Assembly (NCBI GenBank): GCA_035389045.1
Contig: DAOORA010000016.1
Span: 1-64,000, forward strand
Length of the DNA: 64,000 nt
From: Bacteroidales bacterium
Lineage (GTDB): Bacteria; Bacteroidota; Bacteroidia; Bacteroidales; CAIWKO01
Reading direction: 5' to 3'
A model generated the notes under the pieces. The model searched no databases and was not told the DNA's origin. It saw only the letters and a program-made list of their open reading frames with translations. Positions 50,335 through 62,840 of this stretch are shown here, in pieces. How positions within the stretch are numbered: the stretch's first letter is position 1; each line of letters begins with the position of its first letter. The translations under genes were made by a program, and so were the position numbers.

Positions 50335-50515
50335 GCGTTTGAACCAGAATATTCGGGTTCGAGGCCTGTCTGACTGGCTCAGCCAGGCAGGCTTTCGTAG
50401 TCTTGAAAATCAAGGAGTACGCCAACTGGCGGACGACTGTTTTCAAGACAAGAGTAACCCTTCCTGACTGGCGTCATTCAGGAAGGGAAGAAATCGGACC
50501 TTATAGACGAACTCC
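50335..50515. repeat. MITE-like scaffold with nested palindromic inserts, related to 31203-31473
   Basis: Reads TTCGAGG-CCTGTCTGACTGG..CAGGCAGG-C, CGCCAACTGGCGGA, GTAAC-CCTTCCTGAC..CAGGAAGGG. Confidence 0.55.
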
Positions 50516-50778
50516 AATTAATGAAAAACAATTTTCTTCTATTTGTATTATGACCCGTTTGAGAATAAATTGCTGATTAAAGGATATATTTTTTAGTATT
50601 TTTGCCTGTAAAAAAACTGTTTCTCACAGACCAGAAGTTGCATAGATTTACAATGATACACCTCTTCGGCTCAGGTTTCTGCCCAAGCAGTAACTATTAC
50701 TGCAAGCTTAGCCTGCTTTTATAAACTGGCGGATGCAAAACCTCCGTACAACAAGGAGAAAACTAAAGTCTGCAATCG

Positions 50779-51432
50779 TTACTTTAATTTATAACCGAAT
50801 AAAAATCCTATAGTACAATAGCCAACACTTATTTTATCAGTTAGACCTTCTATAAATGGAGATGGAAAGGAAACAAGTTTATTGAATACATGATTGTATT
50901 CAATCTCAACACCTAATTGAAAATTTTTTATACTGTAATGAGTTCCGGCCACTAAATCCAGGCCGTAAAGAGATTTATTTAATCCTTCCTTTAAGGGATA
51001 AATAAGTTGTTGATCGTCCCTATAATGTATCAAATAATCTAATCTTGGACCGATACCAATAAAAGGTGAAATTTTCTTACTGTCAATAAATTTAAAATAA
51101 AACCTTGAGTTCAATGTTAAATAGTTTAAGGATGTTTTTGTATATACTCGTAATACGTGACCATCAAAATTAGTATTTATATATCCTTTACCTCCAATAT
51201 TAATAAAGCCAAAATTTGAACTCAAATAAAAAAATTTTTTCTGTAAGTAATCTATCTTAAAAGATGCTGCTATCCCGGTATAAATTTCATCAAAATTTAT
51301 TTGCCTATTATAATTTGCTGAAAAGTGCATTTTGGAAAATGCAGGTCCGATTTTAATATTAAGAGTTTGCGCATTTAATGTGTTTATTCCCAAAAAAAAT
51401 AGTATCAAAACTTTATTTTTCATAATCCTCAA
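50779..51432 (-). CDS. Outer-membrane beta-barrel (PorT-like) protein
   Basis: Signal peptide, L.YL, GIGPR.DYL, C-terminal FGYKL. Confidence 0.7.
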   Translation of the reverse strand: MRIMKNKVLILFFLGINTLNAQTLNIKIGPAFSKMHFSANYNRQINFDEIYTGIAASFKIDYLQKKFFYLSSNFGFINIGGKGYINTNFDGHVLRVYTKTSLNYLTLNSRFYFKFIDSKKISPFIGIGPRLDYLIHYRDDQQLIYPLKEGLNKSLYGLDLVAGTHYSIKNFQLGVEIEYNHVFNKLVSFPSPFIEGLTDKISVGYCTIGFLFGYKLK

Positions 51433-51627
51433 TTATTGCTATTTGATATCTTACCATAAACCTATTTACAATAACTCACAAACATCTAAACCGTTGTTGA
51501 TACTTCAGCAAATATAAAAATTATCAACGAACAAAATTCTAATAAACTTATAAATCATCTGCATAATTTGAATTGTGCAACTTTACTTTTTTCTTAAATT
51601 TGCATAAATAATAACAACAAAACAAGC

Positions 51628-52380
51628 ATGAAAATAGCTATCATCGGCGGATCCGGGCTTGAAAAACTCGACATTTTTAAAAACCCTGTGGAACATGATA
51701 TCCAGACCCCTTATGGAACTCATAGCTCCCCGCTGGTTGAAGGAACCATCGGCGATGTGCCGGTTGTATTTTTATCGAGGCATGGCAAGGAACACACCAT
51801 CCCCCCCACCCACGTGAACAACCGGGCCAACATACACGCCCTTAAACATCTTGGCTGTACCCACATCCTTGCCACCACAGCCTGCGGCAGCCTGCGCCAG
51901 GAAATCGGAAGGGGCGACATGGTGGTGCTTGACCAGTTCATTGACTTTACGCGTTTTCGTAAAAATACTTTTTATGAAACCTTTGACCCCCATACACCCG
52001 TCCATACCGGCATGGCTCAACCTTTTTCGGAAGAGCTCCGGAAAATAATAATTGATGAAGCTGATTCGCTAAAACTTGGTTTTCATAAAAAAGGCACGGT
52101 AATTACCATAGAAGGCCCGCGTTTTTCTACCAGGGCCGAATCGAACATGTTCCGTTTGTGGGGCGCCGATGTGATCAATATGAGTACAGCGCCTGAATGT
52201 ATGCTCGCCAACGAAGCCGGGATACCTTATGCCGCCATAGCCCTCAGCACCGATTACGATTGCTGGAAAACCGACGAAGAACCCGTTTCCTGGGAAGCCG
52301 TGCTGCAGGTGTTCCAAAAAAATATTGAAAATGTAACACGGCTGCTGATCAATGTTATCCGGGCAATTAAAGATAAATAG
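51628..52380 (+). CDS. mtnP: S-methyl-5'-thioadenosine phosphorylase
   Basis: Motifs IIGGSG, RHG..H, EGPRFST.AES, TDYDCW. Confidence 0.92.
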   Translation: MKIAIIGGSGLEKLDIFKNPVEHDIQTPYGTHSSPLVEGTIGDVPVVFLSRHGKEHTIPPTHVNNRANIHALKHLGCTHILATTACGSLRQEIGRGDMVVLDQFIDFTRFRKNTFYETFDPHTPVHTGMAQPFSEELRKIIIDEADSLKLGFHKKGTVITIEGPRFSTRAESNMFRLWGADVINMSTAPECMLANEAGIPYAAIALSTDYDCWKTDEEPVSWEAVLQVFQKNIENVTRLLINVIRAIKDK

Positions 52381-52493
52381 CAGAAACCTCCGGTTGATTC
52401 ACAATGTGAGGATATACTAACATTTGTATTCCTTCCGGTGATTGACTATTTTTGTAAAACAAACACAGATTACTCTTTTGAAATAACCCGTAT

Positions 52494-52901
52494 ATGGCAA
52501 AAATGAATTTAAAAATTAAAATACTACACTGGCTGCCCCGTATTTTATGTATCGTAGCTATTATCTTCATCAGTCTCTTTGCTGCGGATACTTTTTCGTC
52601 CGACCATACCTTCTGGCAAAAGATCATAAACTTTCTTATTCATTTGATACCGTCCTTTGTCATGCTGATCATGCTGATCATCGCATGGAAAAGAGACCTT
52701 TTTGGAGGCATTGCCTTTATCCTGGCCGGTCTTGTTTTCATTCCCATAGTTTTCAGCATGAACCGTAACGCTGATCAGTCGGTCGCCTCCGGACTCTTTG
52801 CCGTTGCCGGTGTTGCCCTGCCTTTTGTCCTTGTAGGGGTACTGTTTCTGATAAGCTATTCTCAAAAAAGAACTGCTAAAACAAAGCAGGAATTAAAATA
52901 A
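52494..52901 (+). CDS. Small integral membrane protein
   Basis: W.PRIL...FISLFA.D motif and about four TM segments. Confidence 0.7.
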   Translation: MAKMNLKIKILHWLPRILCIVAIIFISLFAADTFSSDHTFWQKIINFLIHLIPSFVMLIMLIIAWKRDLFGGIAFILAGLVFIPIVFSMNRNADQSVASGLFAVAGVALPFVLVGVLFLISYSQKRTAKTKQELK

Positions 52902-53100
52902 ACCTGCGGTTTGAACTGAGGTACCCCACACAACTGTTTCTCAAAGTCAAAATTTTTTAGCGGATTTTATCATTGAGTGAAAATTTTTGTCGCAGAAAAT
53001 CACTTATTTATGTGGTGATAACCTAAATTTATCGAAAAAACTCTTGATTTGAGCATCGTATTGTTGTATCTTAGCAGATATTAATTAAAAATTTACATCT

Positions 53101-55026
53101 ATGAAAAAACTATTTATGCTTATCATTCTGGTTGCTGTGGTCGTAAGCTATACTACCACAGTCAATGCGCAACGCAAATGCGGAACTATGGAATATCTCA
53201 CTCAGCAAAAAGCTGATAATCCTGCACTGGAATTACAAATGCAGAATTATGAACAGGCTTTGCAGAAATGGATTGAAAACAATCAGGAGTATATCAATAA
53301 TTCCAAAGCGACCATAACCGTTCCGGTGGTAGTGCATATCGTTTATAATACATCGGCTCAAAACATCAGTGATACAAGAGTTCAGGAACAAATAGATGTA
53401 CTGAACAGGGATTATGCAGGATTAAACACCCATTCGATGCAGGCTTTTTCGTCTGCTTTAAAAATCAATACCGAACTGCAATTCTGCCTTGCCCAGCGGA
53501 CACCCGCAGGGGCTGCCACCACGGGTATTGAAAGAAGGCAAACCTCGACGACATCATTTTCTTATTATAATGACGGAGTAAAATATTACTCCAGTGGCGG
53601 ATTGAATGCCTGGGATCCAACAAAGTATATGAATATCTGGGTTTGCAACCTGAGCGGAGGATTATGCGGTTATGCACAATTCCCCACCACCGGTGTTAAC
53701 AGCACATTCGGAGTAGTGATCCATTACGCATACTTCGGTGTTACCGGTGCAACTGCCCCATACAATTTAGGAGGGACAACCACGCATGAAATTGGCCACT
53801 GCTTTAATCTTTATCATATCTGGGGTGATGATAACGGATCGTGTACCGGAAGTGACTATTGCGCCGACATTCCCAACCAGGCCAATTATACCTACGGAGC
53901 GCATTCCGGAGTTTTGACTGATGCCTGCACCTCTACCTCACCGGGTATCATGTATATGAACTTCATGGATTACAGCGATGATATTTCGTATACCAACTTC
54001 ACCCCGAACCAAAAATCACGCATCACTGCCCTCTTTGTACCGGGCGGCTTGCTGTACTCTTTATCCACATCTGATGGTTGTGTGCCTCCTTCTGCCGGTT
54101 CGTGCGGCACACCGACAGGCCTGGCAGCATCATCAATCACCACAACCTCGGCAACTCTAAGCTGGACTGCCGTTACCGGAGCCACAAGCTATACTATACA
54201 GTACCGTCAGTCAGGGACAACTACGTTTACAAGCACAACATCAACAACGAATTCAAAAACACTTACTGGTTTAACCGCAGCCACAACGTATGAATTTCAG
54301 GTACAGGCCGTTTGTACTGAAACAAGTGCGTTTTCCGGCCTGACTACATTCAGCACCCTCACAGGAGCCGGATGCACCGATAACTATGAAGTGAACAACA
54401 CGGCTGCAACGGCAAAAGCAATTACGGTGAACACGAATATTAATGCACTGATCGGAACTTCTACCGATGTGGATTACTTCAAGTTTTCAAGCACAAAAGC
54501 CCTAAAGAACATAAAGGTTACCCTCACCAATTTGCCTGCTGATTATGATTTACAATTATACAAATCAAACGGCACCACGCTGATCGCTACGTCGCAAAAC
54601 TCAGGTACAACCAGTGAAAGCATCACCTACAATAACGCGAAAGCAGGAACCTATATTATCAAAGTTTATGGTTATAACGGTGCATACTCGGCAAGCAGTT
54701 GTTACACACTCAATGCAACCATCAGCAAAAGCGCCTTTAAGGGTTTTGAGGAAGATGTTGAAACAGATACTCCTGCCGGCATGATCCTGTTCCCGAATCC
54801 TGCAAACAGCAACCTCAATATCGCTTTCAACTCCGACAATAATGATGAAGTATTGATCAATGTATATGACCTGACAGGTCGCATCGTGAGCACGGTTAAA
54901 TTCCCGTCGGTGAAAGGACAGAATACATATCTGATGAATGTTTCAGATCTTTCTGAAGGCGTATACGTCATCACATTAAAAAATGCCGGAACATTACTGA
55001 ATCAGAAACTGATCATTGACAAATAA
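53101..55026 (+). CDS. M43 (pappalysin-like) zinc metalloprotease with Fn3, PPC and T9SS CTD
   Basis: Motifs RKCGT, HEIGHCFNLYH, MNFMDY, DVDYF/DYDLQLY, LFPNP. Confidence 0.92.
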   Translation: MKKLFMLIILVAVVVSYTTTVNAQRKCGTMEYLTQQKADNPALELQMQNYEQALQKWIENNQEYINNSKATITVPVVVHIVYNTSAQNISDTRVQEQIDVLNRDYAGLNTHSMQAFSSALKINTELQFCLAQRTPAGAATTGIERRQTSTTSFSYYNDGVKYYSSGGLNAWDPTKYMNIWVCNLSGGLCGYAQFPTTGVNSTFGVVIHYAYFGVTGATAPYNLGGTTTHEIGHCFNLYHIWGDDNGSCTGSDYCADIPNQANYTYGAHSGVLTDACTSTSPGIMYMNFMDYSDDISYTNFTPNQKSRITALFVPGGLLYSLSTSDGCVPPSAGSCGTPTGLAASSITTTSATLSWTAVTGATSYTIQYRQSGTTTFTSTTSTTNSKTLTGLTAATTYEFQVQAVCTETSAFSGLTTFSTLTGAGCTDNYEVNNTAATAKAITVNTNINALIGTSTDVDYFKFSSTKALKNIKVTLTNLPADYDLQLYKSNGTTLIATSQNSGTTSESITYNNAKAGTYIIKVYGYNGAYSASSCYTLNATISKSAFKGFEEDVETDTPAGMILFPNPANSNLNIAFNSDNNDEVLINVYDLTGRIVSTVKFPSVKGQNTYLMNVSDLSEGVYVITLKNAGTLLNQKLIIDK

Positions 55027-55041
55027 TGGTTGGTTGTAAAT

Positions 55042-55074
55042 AAAAAAAGCCTCCTCTCAGGGGGCTTTTTTTTT
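55042..55074. terminator. Bidirectional intrinsic terminator
   Basis: AAAAAAAGCCTCC..GGGGGCTTTTTTTT between convergent genes. Confidence 0.8.
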
Positions 55075-55134
55075 GAAATCCAGAAGATGGTGACAGATTC
55101 TGGCAGTGGGTTAAAACTATGCTGGTTTTTGTCA

Positions 55135-56475
<1,341 letters not shown>

Positions 56476-56503
56476 TTATCCTAATTTGATTAATGATTAA
56501 AAG

Positions 56504-57139
56504 TTATTCTTTTGTTGTTTCGGATTCTTCACTGCCTTCAGTGGTATCATTTTTTTCTTCTCCTTCTGCCTTTGCTTCATCATCAATTTCCGGGATACTT
56601 TCTTCTTCAGCAGCTTTTTTTCCGGTCTTTTTCACGGTTTGTTCGGTTTCTTCTTCCGGTTTAGATTTTTTTGATGTTTCTTTTTTTTCTGCTTTTGGCT
56701 CAGCAGCAGCTTTTTTACCGGTACCTCTGCGGCTTCTTCCTTTTTTAGCAGCTTTGGCTTCTTTTTCACCTGTCATCAGTTCATTATAATCAACCAGCTC
56801 AATGATGCACATTTCGGCCTGGTCTCCGAGTCTGGTTCCGGTCTTTAAGATACGCGTATATCCGCCCGGACGATCAGCAATTTTCTGAGCAACATCGCGG
56901 AACAGTTCCTTTGCGGCATCTTTGTTACCAAGATAACTGAAAACTGTTCTTCTGGAATGTACGGAATCCGTTTTTGATTTGGTGAGCAAAGGCTCGATAT
57001 AGCTTCTCAGGGCTTTGGCTTTGGCCAAAGTTGTAGATATGCGTTTATGTAGTATGAGTGAAGAAGCCATATTAGCCATCATAGCGCGTCTGTGCGCAGC
57101 TGTTCTTCCTAAATGATTGATTGTTCTGTTGTGTCTCAT
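56504..57139 (-). CDS. rplQ: 50S ribosomal protein L17 with charged C-terminal extension
   Basis: Motifs MRH...LGR and RPGGYTRI. Confidence 0.97.
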   Translation of the reverse strand: MRHNRTINHLGRTAAHRRAMMANMASSLILHKRISTTLAKAKALRSYIEPLLTKSKTDSVHSRRTVFSYLGNKDAAKELFRDVAQKIADRPGGYTRILKTGTRLGDQAEMCIIELVDYNELMTGEKEAKAAKKGRSRRGTGKKAAAEPKAEKKETSKKSKPEEETEQTVKKTGKKAAEEESIPEIDDEAKAEGEEKNDTTEGSEESETTKE

Positions 57140-57144
57140 CTCTG

Positions 57145-58137
57145 TTAATCCTTATCTAATTTATATTTGGTAATATTCATACCGAACTGCAGACTTTTTG
57201 CCTTCACAAGTTCTTCTAATTCAGTGAGCGATTTTTTACCAAAGTTTCTGAATTTTAGCAAATCATTTTTGTTGAATGAAACCAGATCGCCAAGTGTTTC
57301 AACATCAGCGGCTTTGAGGCAGTTGAGCGCGCGGACGGAGAGATCCAGATCTACGAGTTTGGTTTTCAGCAACTGACGCATATGCAGCGAGGTTTCATCA
57401 AATTCTTCTACTACCGCTTTTTCTTCGGTGTCAACCGTAATTTTTTCATCAGAAAACAGCATAAAATGATGAATAAGAATTTTTGCTGCTTCTTTCAAAG
57501 CATCTTTTGGATGAATCGACCCGTTGGTAGTGATATCAAAAACCAGCTTTTCATAGTCGGTTTTTTGTTCTACGCGGTAATTTTCAACCACATATTTCAC
57601 ATTTCTGATCGGCGTATAAATAGAGTCGATAGCGATCATTCCGATAGGAGCATTTGGAATCTTATTTTCCTCGGCCGGGACATAGCCCCTGCCTTTATCA
57701 ATAGTCAACTCTATGACCAACTTTACGTTGGGTTCCATATGGCAGATCACTTCATCAGTATTCAACACCTGAAATCCGGAAAGGAATGCATTGATTTCAC
57801 CGGCTTTGAAAACTTCCTTTCCTGTTATGGTGACTATGACTTTTTCATTAGTAAACGATTCGATCTGTCTTTTAAAACATATTCTTTTCAGATTCAGGAT
57901 GATTTCGGGAACATCTTCGAGGACACCCTTTATTGATGAAAATTCCTGATCCACGCTGTCAATTTTGATATTGGTGATCGCAAAACCTTCAAGCGATGAA
58001 AGAAGTATCCTTCTCAATGCATTGCCTATCGTAGTACCGTATCCTGGTTCGAGCGGACGAAATTCAAACCTGCCGAAATACTCATCCGATTCCAACATGA
58101 TAACTTTATCCGGTTTTTGGAAAGCTAATATTGCCAT
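57145..58137 (-). CDS. rpoA: RNA polymerase alpha subunit
   Basis: Motifs [15 protein letters not shown] and LSVRALNCL. Confidence 0.98.
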   Translation of the reverse strand: MAILAFQKPDKVIMLESDEYFGRFEFRPLEPGYGTTIGNALRRILLSSLEGFAITNIKIDSVDQEFSSIKGVLEDVPEIILNLKRICFKRQIESFTNEKVIVTITGKEVFKAGEINAFLSGFQVLNTDEVICHMEPNVKLVIELTIDKGRGYVPAEENKIPNAPIGMIAIDSIYTPIRNVKYVVENYRVEQKTDYEKLVFDITTNGSIHPKDALKEAAKILIHHFMLFSDEKITVDTEEKAVVEEFDETSLHMRQLLKTKLVDLDLSVRALNCLKAADVETLGDLVSFNKNDLLKFRNFGKKSLTELEELVKAKSLQFGMNITKYKLDKD

Positions 58138-58160
58138 TTTGTTATCTTATTAATTATTTT

Positions 58161-58766
58161 TTATTTTGAATACAACTCAACGATCAGCTGTTCATTGATA
58201 TTTTCAGGTATCTGGTCGCGTTCAGGATAACTCATAAATTTCCCGATCATTTTTTCCTGATCCCATTCCAGCCAGTTGTAACGGTTTGAATGGTGAACCA
58301 GCGCGTCCACGATAACTTCAAGCGATTTTGATTTTTCCCTGACATTGACGATATCGTTCGGTTTCAGGCTATATGACGGCACATTGACCACGGTTCCGTT
58401 TACTTCGATATGCCCGTGTGAAACAAGCTGACGGGCTCCGTTACGCGTAGGTGAAATACCAAGGCGGTAAACCACATTATCGAGGCGTGCCTCAATAAGT
58501 TGCAGTAATATTTCACCTGTGATACCTTTTTTGCGTGAAGCTTTCTCGAAGGTATTTTTAAATTGTTTTTCAAGAATTCCGTAAGTATATTTTGCTTTTT
58601 GCTTTTCCTGAAGCTGTACTCCGTATTCTGATTGTTTTTTACGTTTCTTTGCCTGTCCATGCTGTCCGGGAGGATAGTTCTTTTTTTCATATGATCTATC
58701 GGGACCATAAATAGGATCTTTAAATTTTCTTGCAATCTTTGTTTTCGGACCAATGTATCTTGCCAT
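58161..58766 (-). CDS. rpsD: 30S ribosomal protein S4
   Basis: MARYIGP start at 58766, [10 protein letters not shown]. Confidence 0.97.
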   Translation of the reverse strand: MARYIGPKTKIARKFKDPIYGPDRSYEKKNYPPGQHGQAKKRKKQSEYGVQLQEKQKAKYTYGILEKQFKNTFEKASRKKGITGEILLQLIEARLDNVVYRLGISPTRNGARQLVSHGHIEVNGTVVNVPSYSLKPNDIVNVREKSKSLEVIVDALVHHSNRYNWLEWDQEKMIGKFMSYPERDQIPENINEQLIVELYSK

Positions 58767-58789
58767 ATCTGAAAAAATATTAAATGAAA

Positions 58790-59182
58790 TTAAACTCTTC
58801 TTCTTTTGGGTGGCCTGCAACCATTATGGGGTAATGGCGTCACGTCAATAATTTCTGTAACTTCAATACCGGCAGCGCTTATCGACCTTATAGATGATTC
58901 TCTTCCGGCACCCGGGCCTTTTACATAAACCTTTACTTTTCTCAACCCGAGATCATAGGCTTGTTTTGCACAATCGGTGGCAGCCATCTGGCCTGCATAC
59001 GGGGTGTTCTTTTTAGAACCTTTGAATCCCATTTTTCCGGCCGAGGACCAGGAAACCACCTGACCATTGGTATTGGTCAATGAAATAATAATGTTATTGA
59101 ATGAAGCAAAGACGTAAGCTCTACCGATAGGGTCAACTTTTACAATTCTTTTCTTGGTTGTCTTAGCGGGTGTTTTGGCCAT
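58790..59182 (-). CDS. rpsK: 30S ribosomal protein S11
   Basis: Motifs ASFNN and HNGCRPPK. Confidence 0.98.
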   Translation of the reverse strand: MAKTPAKTTKKRIVKVDPIGRAYVFASFNNIIISLTNTNGQVVSWSSAGKMGFKGSKKNTPYAGQMAATDCAKQAYDLGLRKVKVYVKGPGAGRESSIRSISAAGIEVTEIIDVTPLPHNGCRPPKRRRV

Positions 59183-59222
59183 AATATATGTATAGTTTTC
59201 TGTTAATAAAAAACATTAATTC

Positions 59223-59603
59223 TTATCCTTTGGTTGCTTTTTTCTTGTTGGCAACAGTTTTTCTCTTTCCCTTACGTGTACGGGCATTGTTTTTTGTGCT
59301 TTGCCCCCTTACCGGCAATCCCGAACGGTGCCTTATGCCCCGGTATGAGCCAATATCCATCAGACGCTTGATGTTCATCTGTACTTCAGAACGCAGCGTT
59401 CCTTCCACTTTCACTTTTTCGGTAATAATGTTACGGATTTGGGTCTGTTCGGCATCGGTCCAGTCGGAAACCTTTTTATCGTGGTCAATTCCGGCTTCAC
59501 TCAAAATCATTTGCGCTGTACTTTTTCCTATCCCGAAAATGTATGTCAGCCCGATTACTCCTCTTTTGTTTTTTGGTAAATCAATACCTGCAATTCTTGC
59601 CAT
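59223..59603 (-). CDS. rpsM: 30S ribosomal protein S13
   Basis: Motifs MARIAG and LPVRGQ.TKNNAR. Confidence 0.98.
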   Translation of the reverse strand: MARIAGIDLPKNKRGVIGLTYIFGIGKSTAQMILSEAGIDHDKKVSDWTDAEQTQIRNIITEKVKVEGTLRSEVQMNIKRLMDIGSYRGIRHRSGLPVRGQSTKNNARTRKGKRKTVANKKKATKG

Positions 59604-59633
59604 ATTTTGTTCTGTTAATATTTATTACAATTC

Positions 59634-59750
59634 TCAACCCTGTCTTTGTTTGTACTTGGGATTCTTTTTATTGATCACATAAACCACTCCGTTACGGCGG
59701 ATGATTTTACAGTCAGGGGTTCTTTTTCTGATGGATACTCGTACTTTCAT
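59634..59750 (-). CDS. rpmJ: 50S ribosomal protein L36 (not in ORF track)
   Basis: Translates as [38 protein letters not shown]. Confidence 0.95.
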   Translation of the reverse strand: MKVRVSIRKRTPDCKIIRRNGVVYVINKKNPKYKQRQG

Positions 59751-59757
59751 TGTTTTG

Positions 59758-59976
59758 CTATTTATATCTGAATGTTATTCTTCCTTTTGTCAGGTCATAG
59801 GGTGAAATCTCAACCCGAACCTTATCTCCGGGTAATATCTTAATATAATGCATACGCATTTTCCCCGAGATATGAGCGATGATCACATGGCCATTTTCCA
59901 ACTCAACACGAAACATCGCATTTCCCAGCGATTCTAAAACTGTTCCGTCCTGCTGAATTGAACTTTGTTTTGACAT
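59758..59976 (-). CDS. infA: Translation initiation factor IF-1
   Basis: Motif [16 protein letters not shown]. Confidence 0.98.
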   Translation of the reverse strand: MSKQSSIQQDGTVLESLGNAMFRVELENGHVIIAHISGKMRMHYIKILPGDKVRVEISPYDLTKGRITFRYK

Positions 59977-59986
59977 CTTTAGCTGT

Positions 59987-60778
59987 TTAATTAATAGTTT
60001 TTAAATTATCGTTTTTAATATTTTCAATAAATTCAAATGTTGATAAAACTTCACCTTTGTTCTTTCGGACAGCCACCACATGTTCATAATGTGCTGATGG
60101 TTTAGCATCTCTGGTTCTGATGGTCCATCCGTCACGTTCCTGGATTATCTCTTTTTTGCCCAGATTGATCATAGGCTCGATACATATAACCATGCCATCA
60201 CTGAGTTTCGCTCCTGATCCGCGCTTTCCATAATTGGGAACCTGAGGTTCCTCATGAAGGTGTCTGCCAAGGCCATGCCCGACAAGTTCGCGTACCACGG
60301 AATATCCAAAACTTTCGACATATTTCTGAACTGCATAACCAATATCGCCAACCCTGTTTCCGGCCACTGCCTCATCAATACCTTTATAAAGTGATTCCAG
60401 AGTTCTTTTCAACAATGCCATTATTTCGGGTTTCACATCTCCCACAGCAAAGGTATAGGCAGAATCTCCGTTATATCTGTTCAAAATCACACCACAATCA
60501 ACCGATACTATGTCTCCGTCCATAATTTCTTTTGTTCCGGGTATCCCATGTACTATCTGATCGTTGACCGAAATACACAAGGTTGCAGGATAACCCCGGT
60601 AATTTTTAAATCCGGGGATTCCTCCGTTATCTCTGATAAAATCTTCTGCAATTTTATCAATAAAAGAGGTCTGAACGCCGGGTTTCAAATATCGGGCTAT
60701 TTCAGCTAAAGTTTTACCAACAAGCAAAGAACTGTTTCTTATTAATTCTATTTCCTCTTCGGATTTTAAAATAATCAT
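59987..60778 (-). CDS. map: Methionine aminopeptidase type I
   Basis: Motifs HGIP, GHG.G..LHE.P, EPM, SAHYEH. Confidence 0.96.
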   Translation of the reverse strand: MIILKSEEEIELIRNSSLLVGKTLAEIARYLKPGVQTSFIDKIAEDFIRDNGGIPGFKNYRGYPATLCISVNDQIVHGIPGTKEIMDGDIVSVDCGVILNRYNGDSAYTFAVGDVKPEIMALLKRTLESLYKGIDEAVAGNRVGDIGYAVQKYVESFGYSVVRELVGHGLGRHLHEEPQVPNYGKRGSGAKLSDGMVICIEPMINLGKKEIIQERDGWTIRTRDAKPSAHYEHVVAVRKNKGEVLSTFEFIENIKNDNLKTIN

Positions 60779-60789
60779 CCGTTCATTTT

Positions 60790-62157
60790 TTACATCGATG
60801 CCTGCCCATACCCTAACGATGAGCGGCCTTTGATACGGCCGGATTTGGTCAGACCATCATAATGCCGCATTAACAGGTAACTTTCAATTTGTTGCAAGGT
60901 GTCTAACACCACTCCTACTAAAATCAAAAGTGATGTACCTCCAAAAAACTGGGCAAACTGGGTATTAACACCCATTAACCTCACCAGTGCCGGCATCACA
61001 GCCACAAAAGCCAGAAATATAGATCCGGGCAGGGTAATTTTAGACATTACATTATCAATAAATTCGGCTGTTTTTTTACCCGGTTTTATTCCGGGAATAA
61101 AACCGCCGTTTTTCTTCATATCTTCGGCCATCTGGTTAGGATTAATGGTAATGGCCGTATAAAAATAAGTGAATGCGATGATAAACAGCGCAAAAGTAAA
61201 ATTGTACCAGAATCCGTTGAAATCAGAGAATGTACGTGCAAAACCCGATAATGCTTCAATGTTTGCAAAACCGGCTATCGTCAGGGGTATAAACATGATC
61301 GCCTGTGCAAAGATAATGGGCATAACTCCTGCCGCATTTACTTTTAAGGGTATATATTGGCGGACACCGCCGTACTGTTTGTTACCGACTATCCGTTTTG
61401 CATACTGAACGGGGATTCGTCGTGTACCCTGAACCAGCAAAATACAGGTCAGGATCACCAGAACCAATATAACAAGTTCTACAACGAAGATAATCAGTCC
61501 TCCACCCTGTTCTTCCATACGCGAAATAAACTCACCAACCAGTGCAAAAGGCAAACGTGCGATGATACCTATCATGATGATCAGGGAAATACCGTTGCCG
61601 ATACCTTTATCTGTAATACGTTCACCGAGCCACATTACAAACATGGTTCCCGAAACAAGAATTATTACGGATGACACCCAGAAAAAAGCCGTCGGCGGAG
61701 TTTCAGGCATAAAAGGATAAATGGCTTCCCTGGGCAGCTGGCTGATAATGTTTCCGATATAGGCAGGAGCCTGAGCGGCTGTGATGATAACTGTGAGAAA
61801 ACGAGTGATCTGGTTGATCTTTTTCCTGCCCGATTCGCCTTCTTTCTGAAGTTTCTGAAAATAGGGTATTGCCATTCCTAACAACTGCACCACGATAGAC
61901 GCAGAAATATAGGGCATAATCCCCAGTGCAAAAATAGATGCATTGGAAAAGGCGCCACCGGAGAACATGTTCAGCAAACCGAGCAAACCATCATCGGTTT
62001 GCCTTTGCAAAGCGTCGAGCATGTTGGGATCAACACCAGGCAAAACAACAAAAGAGCCCAGCCGATAAATCAAAATTATACCCAGCGTAAAGATGATCCT
62101 CTTTCGAAGATCTTCAATCCTGTATATGTTTTTTATGGTTTCAATCAGTCGTTTCAT
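60790..62157 (-). CDS. secY: Preprotein translocase SecY
   Basis: Motifs LGIMPYI, GIGNGISL, GVMPIIFA, GGTSLLI. Confidence 0.98.
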   Translation of the reverse strand: MKRLIETIKNIYRIEDLRKRIIFTLGIILIYRLGSFVVLPGVDPNMLDALQRQTDDGLLGLLNMFSGGAFSNASIFALGIMPYISASIVVQLLGMAIPYFQKLQKEGESGRKKINQITRFLTVIITAAQAPAYIGNIISQLPREAIYPFMPETPPTAFFWVSSVIILVSGTMFVMWLGERITDKGIGNGISLIIMIGIIARLPFALVGEFISRMEEQGGGLIIFVVELVILVLVILTCILLVQGTRRIPVQYAKRIVGNKQYGGVRQYIPLKVNAAGVMPIIFAQAIMFIPLTIAGFANIEALSGFARTFSDFNGFWYNFTFALFIIAFTYFYTAITINPNQMAEDMKKNGGFIPGIKPGKKTAEFIDNVMSKITLPGSIFLAFVAVMPALVRLMGVNTQFAQFFGGTSLLILVGVVLDTLQQIESYLLMRHYDGLTKSGRIKGRSSLGYGQASM

Positions 62158-62160
62158 TCA

Positions 62161-62607
62161 TTATATTTTTGTTGCTGTTCCACCTTGAGCTTCAATAATT
62201 TTTATGGCTGTCGCCGAAAAAGCATGTGCAGTAACATCAAGTTTCATTTTAAGCTCGCCTCTGCCCAGGATTTTAACAAGTTCATTTTTTGATGCCAGTC
62301 CGTTGCTTATCAGGGTATTAACATCAATAGCTGTAAGGTTTTTCTTTTCGGCTAGTTTTTGCAGGGTATCAATATTAATTCCGCTGTACGCTACCCTGTT
62401 GAAGTTTTTAAAACCAAATTTGGGAATTCTTCTTATCAAAGGCATCTGACCGCCTTCGAAGGCCAGTTTTTTATGATAACCCGATCTTGCCTGAGCTCCT
62501 TTATTTCCTCTTGTAGAGGTTCCACCTCTTCCCGATCCCTGACCTCTTCCAAGACGTTTGGAACTTTTTATCGAACCTTTTGCCGGTTTCAGATTACTTA
62601 AATCCAT
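62161..62607 (-). CDS. rplO: 50S ribosomal protein L15
   Basis: Motifs GRG.GSG and FEGGQMPL.RR.PK.GF. Confidence 0.98.
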   Translation of the reverse strand: MDLSNLKPAKGSIKSSKRLGRGQGSGRGGTSTRGNKGAQARSGYHKKLAFEGGQMPLIRRIPKFGFKNFNRVAYSGINIDTLQKLAEKKNLTAIDVNTLISNGLASKNELVKILGRGELKMKLDVTAHAFSATAIKIIEAQGGTATKI

Positions 62608-62635
62608 GGTATAAAAAAATTATAAATATTTTTAA

Positions 62636-62815
62636 TTAAATTTCTTCTCTGGTTACTAAATGTTTCACTTTTCTGACCATTCCTTCAATCTGCGGTGTAG
62701 CTTCCAGTTCAACAGACTGATGCATTTTTTTTATGCCTAATGCCAACAATGTCCTTTTTTGAACAGCAGGCCTGTCAATCCCGCTTTTTATCTGTGTTAC
62801 TCTGATCTTTTTCAT
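62636..62815 (-). CDS. rpmD: 50S ribosomal protein L30 (not in ORF track)
   Basis: Translates as MKKIRVTQIKSGIDRP...GMVRKVKHLV. Confidence 0.95.
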   Translation of the reverse strand: MKKIRVTQIKSGIDRPAVQKRTLLALGIKKMHQSVELEATPQIEGMVRKVKHLVTREEI

Positions 62816-62840
62816 ATATATTTAATTTATAAGCAAGCTA

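Noticed and set aside
52903..52930. IS-end remnant CCTGCGGTTTGAACTGAGGTACCCCAC
   Set aside because: Too short, with no partner end or transposase.
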